From: Magallana gigas
Taxonomy: Eukaryota
Direction of reading: 5' to 3'
DNA length: 64,000 bases
NCBI RefSeq assembly: GCF_963853765.1
Contig: NC_088858.1
Span: forward strand, 42,222,001 to 42,286,000
A model generated the notes under the pieces. The model was not told the origin of the DNA. It was given only the letters and a program-made list of their open reading frames with translations, and did no database searches. Of this stretch, positions 38,237 through 48,851 are shown piece by piece (position 1 is the first letter of the stretch; the number at the start of each line of letters is the position of its first letter). The position numbers were made by a program, and so were the translations under genes.

Positions 38237-38886
38237 TTATTAGAGCCCCGATCTGCGGGCGCCCTATAGTGATCAGTCTGTCCGTCCGTCCGTCTGAGAT
38301 GGCTTGTCCGGAGCATATCCTATCTCCCCTTGGCCCAATCTGGCTCATACTTCAATCAAGGAGTGCCTTTGGGTTAAGGGTGTGCAGTGACCTTGAACCA
38401 TGTTTCTAGGTCTAAGGTTAAGTCAAAGCAGAATTAAAAGTAAAATCCTGGTCCGGAGCATATCGTCTCTCCCCTTGTTCCAATCTAGCTCATACTTCAC
38501 TCACATAGTATCTATGGTCATAGGGTGGGCAGTGACCTTGAATCAGTTTTGTATAGGTCAAGGTCATCGGACCGTGAAAAAAATCCTTTTTTCAGGGCAT
38601 ATGTACTTTCCACTTAGCTTTATTTGGCTCATACTTCAAATAAACAGCGCTTATGAATAACGGGTGTGTAGTGACCTTGGACCAATTTTTAAGGTCAAAA
38701 GTGAAGATCATAGCAGAATTACATGAACAATTCTTGTCTGGAGCATATCTCCTCTCCCTTTTTTCCAATCTGGCTCATACTTCACTCACATACTGCCTTT
38801 GATTAAAGGGAATGCAGTGAATTTATATGATGTTTGTAGACTAAGTGTCAAGGTCATATCAGATCAAACAAAAATCCTTTTTAAGA

Positions 38887-38956
<70 letters not shown>

Positions 38957-39283
38957 TCTCCATTAGTCCTTTTAGGCTAATACTTTACTTAAACAGAGCT
39001 TTTTGGTTAATGGCGTGCAGTGACCTTGAACCAAGTCAATGTGAAGGTCATAGCAAATCTTTTTATAATCAGTTTTAGATCATAGATTATTTCCCATTTG
39101 GTTAATCTGTTCAGATTGAAAAAATGCCTCTATGGACGTGATAATGAGACTGAATTGGACGTTCTATGCCAGGTGGAAAATTTTGAAGTAATAGGTCAAG
39201 GTCAAAGCAAAATTCTCTGAAATTCTTTTCATCATATTGTCCATTATGTAAGCGGGGCCCTTTGAGATGGTTACCATCTAGTT
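38237..39283 (+). mobile_element. HINE/DINE-1-like element with about 140-150-bp tandem core array
   Basis: 5' agagccccg and (GTCC)n, about 5-6 degenerate units (ccggagcatatc..tggctcatacttca..gcagtgaccttgaa), 3' cggggccct and hairpin agatgg-tta-ccatct. Contains (TA)n at about 38890-38949. Confidence 0.85.
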
Positions 39284-41113
39284 CAATTTATTGGGGTTAC
39301 AAATACATATTATTAAAAAATTATTTAGGCATCATATGCAGTTATGTTGATTCTTTTCTCTTAAACTATCGACCAACATTGCAAATAATTTGAGTTTCGT
39401 ACGGCTCTCTGCAATGTACAACTGGCCTTTTTTAGTCCTAGTTTTATTTCTGTTGAGTTAAAAACCCACATTTTAACTTAGTTAATTTTATTTCAATGAC
39501 ATACAAGACACTACATTACTACAAGCACTTTTACCACTTATGTGAAATTTTCCCCTAAAATTAATGTCTTTTGTTAGGTATACAAAAAAATGACTAGATA
39601 TTTTAGTAATTAACAAACACTATAAATTGACATATAAACAATATAACACAATCGTTTCATTTTGATGATTACTTAGTGGTAAGTAAAGATATTAACTTAT
39701 ATAACAAAAAAAATATCCATTAAAATATTTAAGTACAATAAGATGTCTACTCAAGAGAATTTCATGATCATAGATCAAAATCATCTTAACTGAAGGAGAA
39801 ATTCACTTACAGTTTTTTTTATCCTTTCAAATCTTATATATTTAGAGAAAGGAAACATTCATTTCACAGTGTGACAGCATTCAATGTGACAATATACACC
39901 ACAGTTATACAAAAATATGAATGATTACTATCCAACAAATTGCATTGCAAATAAATGTAGAATTATCTCCCCCTTGATAAAGCTCACCACAAACTCCTAT
40001 TCACCAGTGCATTCAAAAATTAGGCAACATTACCAAGAATATGAATGAATACAATTGGTTTAAAAGCCAGATATAAAAAAGGTGGAAAGAATTGAGAACC
40101 TCATACAATAATAGCAACTATCTCTCTTCTACCAATCTTACGTAAATTATAACTATTTAAAGCATCTCGGTGATAATGATTAGGCTGAACAAATAAATCA
40201 CAGAATTACAAAACAAACAGCTCTTGGGGCTTCCATTTGAACTTCGGACTCATTCTGAGGGTTGAACTATTCATATAAAAAAAACTACTTGTCACAACAT
40301 TTCAGAACCCAATTACCACACTTCAGTCACTCCGTACTTATTGTACTTAACAGCTGTTAATGAAACTCTTGCCTTGTTGACTGTACGAGTAATATGGGTT
40401 GTCCCATATAGAGTTACAATTAGAACCACCCTATCTGAAGCACAACAGCAAGGGTCAGTATGAGCAGGGTTTCGAATCAAAATGTGAACAGAGGATGTTT
40501 GCAACTGAATTTTTGGGGGGTTAAAAAAAACAAGGTCAATTTAATACTAAATGCTATTCTATTTACCAAACCTTGTGAAAAAAAATATTTGGGACATGGA
40601 TTTAGCTAAAAACACATAAAAGCTTGGTCAAAGAATTCCCTTTACTACATATTGTCCTCATTAATAGTGTTTTTGATGCTTAAAGTCCCACGTTGAGAGG
40701 ATTTAAAGAATAAATATTTCATGTACTTCTACAAAATACACATTCACACTTATACAAACACATTTACACTTTTGTAAAGCACAAAATACAAGCAAATACC
40801 GCAGAAGTGAAAGTAAAAAAGGCCTTCAAAGATCAAAGCATGATTTCAATGATAAATCTCCAAAGAAAACGTGAGAGAAAAATAAAACTCTTGCTCAGCT
40901 CTTAAACTAGAACTCCAAGTCCACCATCAAACAAATATGCTTTGCAAAATAAAAAAAAATCGTCTTGGTTTTCTTTTGGTGTAATGATGATCAAATTTTT
41001 CACAAAAAGAAGAAAATATGTCAGCTGATTTAATCTGTATGCTTGGAATGTCACAGAGAATGCGTCTTGACTTAGTGTTGTTTGTGTAGAGTCGGGGAGA
41101 GGACTGGGCAAGC

Positions 41114-41170
41114 TCAGCCGGAAACCACGACAACATTGTTTTCTACTCCATCATCGGCAACTTTGGTTGG
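41114..41170 (-). CDS. CBM48 gene last coding exon
   Basis: tttcag|CCA; PTKVADDGVENNVVVVSG*. Confidence 0.85.
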   Translation of the reverse strand, partial: PTKVADDGVENNVVVVSG

Positions 41171-44151
41171 CTGAAATGACAAATTTAATACATGTATTCC
41201 AAAAAGTTTTTTTCTTATTTAGCATATATCATTTTAATCTAATGCACATAATGCTTCAAAGTTGAATTATTGTATTATAGTATATCAAGGAAGGGTTCTA
41301 TTATAGCTTCTATATCAACAATCATGACTTTTTGTCATGCATGTAATTGTTTTTATGATGTGTCAAAAAAAAACAGAACATTCAATAGATAAGTGTAGAA
41401 TTTTCATATTTTCTCTAGCTAAAAATCTGCTTTTTAAATACATTTAGAAACTGTAAAGACATCGATATACGGATGTAATTCACCATCTACATATTCATAT
41501 GTGTACCGTTGTTTTAAATACAAATGTATTACCAGTTTTTTGCTAATTATCCAATTATCATCCACAATGAATTTGAACACATATTCTCCTTTGGGGAGAT
41601 CAATGACAGCTTGGAAAACGTTGTCTCCACTGTAAAAAAAAAACATGCATGTGTAATTAATGTAACTCTTCATCATTAAACATTTTTAAAAAATCACCTT
41701 CAAGAATTTTTTTTCACCCAGAACATATTTTATGACTGTGGTGAAAAAAAAAATGCTGTAACATGAATTTAGAGGAGTTATCTTTCTTTGCATAATAAAA
41801 ATGCTGGTATGTTAAGCAGCATAAACATACTTTTTCTCTAAAGGCACTTGCTCTTTCCAATCATTAAAAGAGCCGGACACTTTGACGGTTTCTCCTTCAT
41901 CTTCCCATTGGAACTCAGTGGCAAACTTCTCACTCTGAAATAATTTTTTAATGAACATTAGCTTTAAAAGTCTCCCTTATTATTTAAGGTACAAAGAGGT
42001 ATACATATTGAGCATTGGTTTGCAAATATGTTCTAACTTGGGCAACAACCAATTAGATTTGCTTAAAAGCATTATGGTACAGTATATGTATAATATTTGG
42101 CATGTACAATATTTGGTGGAAGATACCATTTCAATAAGTTTGTGTGGATTTGATTTAGCACATTTCTGAATCATTGATCTACTGTAACATATTTATTTGA
42201 CATTTGGTGATGTACTTGATACAGCCACCAAAAAGGCTAAATAGAATATGCAGATAAATACCTTTACAGTATATGAAATATTGAAAAGTACTCTGTTTTC
42301 TCCTATTTCAGATATGACTGATTAAATCTGCATATGCTCAATCAATCTTAAAATTTCAGCTCTTCAAAATATACCAGAACAGTCAAAGAATAACAATCAA
42401 TTAAACAAGCTTTTCTAATGCAATACGCTACAATACCAGCTATTTTATCTATAGTGATAGACTACCTACCTCTGCACTTTCCTCCTGGGTGGCTACTGGT
42501 GGTTCTGACTCGGCTGGAGCCGCTGCCTCTGGTTCTGTCCGTGGGGGCTCCTGTTTAAAATTTCAAAAAGGGAAAAGAAAATTTGATCCTAAGTATTAGT
42601 AAAAGAGCAATGCCCAGTCACTGGGAAATTTTAAATTACAAAATGTTGGAGACTAAGTAAGCTTAAAAAAAACACAATGTATAACCATGCATGTACCAGT
42701 ACAATATAACTACAAATAAATGTAAGCTCTACCAAACTAATTCATAATGGAATACAATACCAGTAATTAAAAAATAAAAAATTTCAGGAATTTTTCAAAA
42801 TCATCAGTCAAAGCATATTTCTGATGCAAAAAGGATCAATTTACATGTTGGACTTTCATTTAGATGTGAACAATATAAATCAAGACACAAAAAAATTCAG
42901 AACAACATTTATTTGAATGCATAGAAATAATTTTGGAAAATAAACAAATCAACAGGTCAAATTAACAAGTTAAATCAAGTCTATATCCTATAATTGTCAG
43001 TGATCAAATTAGACAGATCTCATTTTGTCATTTTGGTCATGGAAGTTGATGGAACATTTCTGCCTTGTTTTCTTTTCTTAGATATTGGAGGAAATAAATA
43101 CCAAGTGGGTGTAAATATATGATGGAAAAAGACACTCATGTTTAAAAATGTTAACAGCACTTTCAGGAGCTTCCTAAATTGTCCAATTATATATCATAAA
43201 CCACCTCTACTCATTATTTCCTACAAAAAAATTGCAATCAATATAGTTTCAAATTACTTTTTTCCTGAAAATTGCCACACATAAACTACTTTTCATTATT
43301 CAATTTCATTCCCACTTAAAAACAGAATTCCTGGTTGTCAGCAAAAATCCTCGTAAGTTTTAAAAAGCATAATGATTATTTCTTATGAAATGAAATAAAT
43401 TCCTATTGACCAAAAAGAATCAGTTTATGTTAGAAATAAAACCAATCATGGGAATTTTTGTTAGCATTAAATTTCAAATTCATTTTTGCAATAATGTTTG
43501 TACATTTACCAGCTTAATCACACCCATTGCAGGAGGCTGCAAGATTCTGGTTCCCATGAACCAGGATTATTTCTTGCCTTGCAAAAAACTCCAGACTAAA
43601 TCTTATCCACTCTCTTATTGAAATACCATTACAATAATCTTTACTAGTCATGTGTGGTGCATGCATTCATCAAAATTTAAACTAAATAAGAATTTAGCAC
43701 TTACACAAACTTCCATGGGAGGCTTTTCCTCTGATTCTGGGGCTGGTTCTTCCTTGGTTTCTTCCTTAGTCTCTTCCTTGGTTTCTTCCTTAGGTTCCTC
43801 CTTAGTTTCTTCCTTACTTTCTTCCTTAGGTTCCTCCTTAGTTTCTTCCTTGGATTCTTCCTTAGGTTCCTCCTTGGATTCTTCCTTAGATTCCTCCTGA
43901 GCTGCTGGTTCTGGCTCATCTGGTTTAGGGGTGTCAGCTGTCGTTTCATCAGGTTTAGGTGTTTCCTCACTCTTCTGTTCTTTGGGCTCTGGCTCCTAAG
44001 GTAAAATTTATAAAGTACATTTTTTTTAATTCGACTTCAAATATTGTTTTGGAATACAATATTTAGTCATTTCCTTGTTTTTGTAAATTTGACCAGGTTT
44101 ATTAAAAAACAGTGTTTAAAGATTAAAAAAGTAGTAATTATTGTAAGTTTT

Positions 44152-44211
<60 letters not shown>

Positions 44212-47200
44212 ATCTTAAAATGTAAGGGTTCACTTGAAGCTGGTTTTTATTTTTTGAACTTATTCTCCCTGGAATTTAACCTAAACTGAACTTTTCTTAT
44301 CATAGTTAGAAACAAAAAAGCTGCAAGAGATAATACACTTGCCCCAAAAAATTGTTGTATATTTAAGCAACAAGCAAATTGTCATGACAAGAAATTGAGG
44401 AAAGGAAGTTGGAAAGTTTCCAAACATGTTTGATAGCAATAGAATGCATATTTAAATGTTTCCAGAGTATACATGGTATAAGACGGTTTGAAAAATTTTC
44501 AGAAATAGTAAATTAGAAGTGTTCAGTTTTATCAGAAATCTTTACCCCAAACCATGTTGTCATGCACTGAACTCCCTCATCTACAGATGATGTAATACAC
44601 TGTATACAACATGAACAAGAATACACCAACAGAGAAGATAGGAAAATAAGATCAGTATTTACTTAAAACTTTGCATTGCAGAATTTATCAAAAGGTTGGA
44701 GGGTTTATCTAGATACTATTTCCACATTCCTTAAGATCATCTCCTCCATTTTAAAGCATCCCTGTTTCTTCACTCACAGTTGAATGAAATAGATATTTCC
44801 CAATAATGATGGCTTTATTACATAATCTTCTTTTAATGGAGTCCACTTTCATTTTCGTCCATTTCCATACAACTGAGTGGTGTAATAACTTAGAATTTGG
44901 TTTAAGATTTGCTTTTAATTCCGCCTATAAAGTGGTGGCACTTCCATTTCTCCATTTTTTCATTCCTTCCTCCTGAATTACTAGCCTTTACTTACCTCTA
45001 CATTATTTTCTACAACCTCCTCCTTTTGTTGTTCAGTTTCCATTGAAGGCAAAGTTTTCTCCCCAATTTCTGACTCCTCTGGTGTTTTTTCATTGTCTCC
45101 TTCATCCTTTTCTTCTTCAACTGTTTTCGATTGTTGCTCTTGAGCACCAGTTGCTTCCTCACTGGCAATATTTGCCTCATCTGCAGGTGCCTCTGATTGT
45201 TTTGATTCTTCTAGGTTTTCATTTTTTCCTTCATCCTTTTCTTCCTCACCTGCTTCTGGTTGTTGCTCTTGAGGAGTGTTTGCTTCTTCAGAGACATCAT
45301 TTGCCTTATTCACATGTTCCTCTGTTTGTTGCGTTTCTTCTGAGTTTTCTTCTGTGGCTGTTTCTACAGACTGCTCCTCTGCAATTTCTTTGACAGGTTC
45401 TTTCATCAATTCTTCAGTCTTTTCGACAGTCTCTTCATCTTGGGCAACAGGTTTAGAGCTCTCCTCAGATTTCACTTCAGTCTCTTTTGGAGTATCTTGA
45501 CTATTATCTGAAGCAGGTTCTTCCGGTTGCTTTTCCACTACTGCTGCAGCATCATCTACTGATTCCACTGTTGGCTCTTTAGCAACTTCATCACTCTCTT
45601 GAGCATTTTTCTCATTGATTTCAGGTGTGTCTAATCCTTCCTCATCTTGACATGCTAAAGGAGGATTACGATCTGTAATATTGTCACTAGTTTCACATTT
45701 CTCTGTTTCATTTTGAGATGGCTGTTCATTTGTTTCTTGCTCTGCCTTAACTTCAGCTGATTTCTCCTCAGACTTTTCAACTTTGCCTGCCTCTTTTTCA
45801 TTTGAGACAGAACTAGATACTGGTTCAACATTGTCAGACTTTTGTTCACTAGAGGATTGTGCCACATTGGTGTCATTTGCCTTTTGTTCATCTTTTATCT
45901 CATTTTCAGGTTTTGCATTATTACTAGCATCAGTTTTTTGCTCTACATTTGTTTCTTTAGTTTTGACAGTGGCGGCATTTTCTGGTGACTTTTCACCTTC
46001 CTTTCCATCTGCTTTCTGAGCTGTTCCCTGATAGAAATATACAGACAGGGGGTTGACAAACATACACACCATGTACCACAAAACACCAAGGACATTCATT
46101 GCTACATATTTCCATGGTGACCGATAACCAGCACCCAATGGCACAAGTCCTCCAGTGTTCTATAAAGTAGGTAAAACAAGGGATCTTGTCAACAAAAAAA
46201 AATTACCCATCCCCAATCAGTATCAAATAATGTGTTTCAATTTTTGATTTGAATATCTAAATGAAAAAAATTAAATTCAAAGAAATGCAGATTATACATC
46301 AAGAATAAAAAGGTTTGATAGTTATGGCATTACGCTTTTCATACACACCAAGCAGTTTTTTTTTTTTTGATGATTTTTTCCATATAAATTTTTTGAAAAA
46401 GAGAAGCAGTGTTGATGAAGTTTACATATACAAGTACTGTAGTATATCTATTTTAAATCAACTTTTATTAAATATCAGTTTTGACTATCAGTAAGTATTT
46501 TTTTAAAGGATAGAATAAAAGCTTTAAGTTTTGTATAAGCAGTACTAACATGTACTTTATGAATACAAATGTAAAAATACAATCAAATTTCAAGATTTAT
46601 GCTTTTTTGTGAAAAACCATGATTAGTTTTCCCTGCAAGTGTAAACAAGCTCCTTACTTGTATCATCTGCCAAAAAGCTTAAACAATGTGAAGCACTTGA
46701 AATTTGAATATTGAATGCAATTTTTGACTTGTGATAGAGACAGGCTGGAGTAGAAATGAAATCAGCACCATGGAAATATAGGACAAGCAAAAGAGGTCCT
46801 TGTGAACATAAATACTTCTACCACTCAACACAGTTATATATGACCAATAATATACAAGACAAGTATCTAGATCATTATAAGCCTCAAGCAACCATTTTCA
46901 TGCAAAGAGATAAATTAAGTATAAAAGAAATAATCGAAATAATTACAATAAAGAAAAGTAATTTTTTAAAGTGAAATGAAAGTAAAGAATTTTCCATTTT
47001 ATAAGTCAACACAAGCACCATAGAGTACAAGGATAAATACTTTGCTAGATCTACTTGCTACCTTTGACTCTTCAGTTTTTCCTTCTTCCCCTCCTCCTCC
47101 TTCATCTCCTGCTTTGTCTTCTTTTGTTTCATTGGCTGCTTCCTCAGCAGGTTTGTTTTCCTTGTTCTCATTGGCTGCTTCCTCTCCTTGCTTTTGTTCT

Positions 47201-47286
47201 GTTTGTTCATTGGCTGCTTGGTCATTCTCTTCTCCTTCTTCCTTCCCCTTCTTATTTTTCTTGTTTTTTCCTGATGAATTTCCCAT
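41114..47286 (-). CDS. Acidic intrinsically disordered protein with Gly2/polybasic N-terminus and C-terminal CBM48 (AMPK-beta-type glycogen-binding module); 7 coding exons, about 628 aa
   Basis: Phase-consistent GT-AG exons. The C-terminal SEKFATEFQWEDEGETVKVSGSFNDWKEQVPLEKNGDNVFQAVIDLPKGEYVFKFIVDDNWIISKKLPTKVADDGVENNVVVVSG* aligns with the AMPK-beta CBM. The stop follows immediately, so there is no alpha/gamma-binding domain. Confidence 0.85.
41533..41629 (-). CDS. CBM48 exon (second half)
   Basis: tacag|T..CTG|gtaata; GDNVFQAVIDLPKGEYVFKFIVDDNWIISKKL. Confidence 0.92.
41831..41934 (-). CDS. CBM48 exon (first half)
   Basis: tttcag|AGT..AA|gtatgt; SEKFATEFQWEDEGETVKVSGSFNDWKEQVPLEK. Confidence 0.92.
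42470..42550 (-). CDS. CBM48 gene linker exon (phase 0-0)
   Basis: aaacag|GAG..GAG|gtaggt; EPPRTEPEAAAPAESEPPVATQEESAE. Confidence 0.82.
43705..43995 (-). CDS. CBM48 gene KEE-repeat exon (phase 0-0)
   Basis: ccttag|GAG..TGT|gtaagt; EPEPKEQKSEE...(KEE[S/T/P])n...EKPPMEVC. An alternative donor 6 nt earlier is possible. Confidence 0.85.
43744..43899 (-). repeat. Coding 12-nt tandem repeat x13
   Basis: AAG GAR GAA NCN units. Confidence 0.95.
44154..44206. repeat. (TC)n microsatellite
   Basis: Seen directly. Confidence 0.97.
44996..46027 (-). CDS. CBM48 gene large acidic exon (1032 nt, phase 0-0)
   Basis: tatcag|GGA..GAG|gtaagt, inside track ORF 44981-46144. Glu/Lys/Ser/Thr-rich with no aromatic residues. 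Confidence 0.85.
47062..47286 (-). CDS. CBM48 gene first coding exon
   Basis: aaaATGG context; MGNSSGKNKKNKKGKEEGEE...EESK|gtagca (alternative in-phase donor at 47041). A splice acceptor about 40 nt upstream of the ATG implies a 5' UTR exon further right. Confidence 0.85.
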
Positions 47287-48772
47287 TTTTGCTCTTCAAA
47301 CCTTCACTCTCTGGCCAAAAACTGATCTAAAAAAAATAAGAGGCTAAATAATTTTTCTATGTATTACATATAAGCATTTAATTTGTTAATCTGTTCTATA
47401 AATCATTTTGTGAGGTATTATAATAGACAAATTGCTGTATTCCTCATAAAACCTCACTGACAGAAATATTTCCTTCACTAAAGCATCAGGTTTCCAATTC
47501 AAGCCTGCACAATTTTTACATAAAATGAATTAGCCAACAGATGTTGAACTATTCAAACAATGCCAAGGAAGTGGGTCACATGTTTAAACTCTGGATAAAT
47601 ATACCTAATAATATCTCATAAATCTGGGGGTCTGTTTAAAAAAAAAAAAAGAGGGTGCTATTCAGCCATGCAGGGATTCCTTTCAATGGTGTATGTGTCT
47701 GGCTTACTCCAAGTTAAGCTCACTTTCACTGAATCGAGCTCAGTGTGAAGAATTTACTGATTACATAATGTTGATGTTAAAAAAACAACCCTCCATAGAA
47801 GCTATTTCTTATATCCTAAAAACATGAACACATAAACATTTTGGAGCTCTTTGATGATAAATAAGTTAGCTTTGCTGCATGTCTGAAAATTGGAAACAAC
47901 ATAAAGAGACTGGAGATATTTCTTGCAGAATACATAGCTAAATGATATGATGATTGTTGATACAGAGCATTCAAATTGCAGCATCTTTTCCTGGTTAAGG
48001 CACTTGACATTAGACAGCCAACATATGTTTGTTGAAGCACTTTACACATCTAGACTGATTTCCTAAGAGCTGTTTTCTATTGAATTGTGTAAAAATACAA
48101 ATTTAAGTGTACATCTTGTAACAAAGTATATTCATGCAGAAGACGTTTTTTGACTTATTTACTCAGATGTTTAAGACCTTTTATCAAAACCTAATTGATA
48201 ATGTCTTCTATACATACTATATGCCAAAATGTGCACATTCACATCTGTAATATAAAAAAATTGATAAAATTTTTATTCAAAATTAAATACATCCTGGAAA
48301 AGTGTTTTCAACTTAAATGTTTATTTAATGCATATGTGCAATCATGTTTATAGTCTGTTTTCATACTAAATTGAAGAACATGAAGCTGATGGGTTTTTAA
48401 AGTCCAATCTAACAAATATTAATTACAAGATGTTTATCTGTTTCTTTGTTTTTCCTACAGCAAATTGCCACTCTTTCCAAATGGCAGGCTTAGGTCACTT
48501 ATGCATTAGGTAACCATGGCTACCACTGGGATTGCCCCAGTGAGGTCAGACAGCCAAAATGTCTGGTTCTTTCACAGAGCAGACAATCTCATGCTGAGTC
48601 TATCTGTTAAATCTCTGCAGAGTTCTGATTAATAATTAATCAGATTCCATTTAAACAATCATAAGAGAGGATCCCTTGCTGAGTTAATTAGTGAAATGCA
48701 GTGCAATTACTACTAGTCCCAGCTGACTATAGCTGTCACAATCTTTCACTTTTTATTACTACCATAGAATCT

Positions 48773-48775
<3 letters not shown>

Positions 48776-48850
<75 letters not shown>
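48776..48850. repeat. Compound (TC)n(AC)n microsatellite
   Basis: Seen directly. Confidence 0.97.

Positions 48851-48851
<1 letters not shown>

Noticed and set aside
41114-41934. Calling the CBM48 gene AMPK beta (PRKAB)
   Set aside because: The stop codon directly follows the CBM, no alpha/gamma-binding domain exon was found downstream, and the N-terminal region is far longer than in AMPK beta.
43652-47347. Plus-strand Ser/Leu/Phe-rich ORFs and the RRNLRKNP alternative-frame ORF
   Set aside because: Antisense or frame shadows of the Glu/Lys-rich coding exons.
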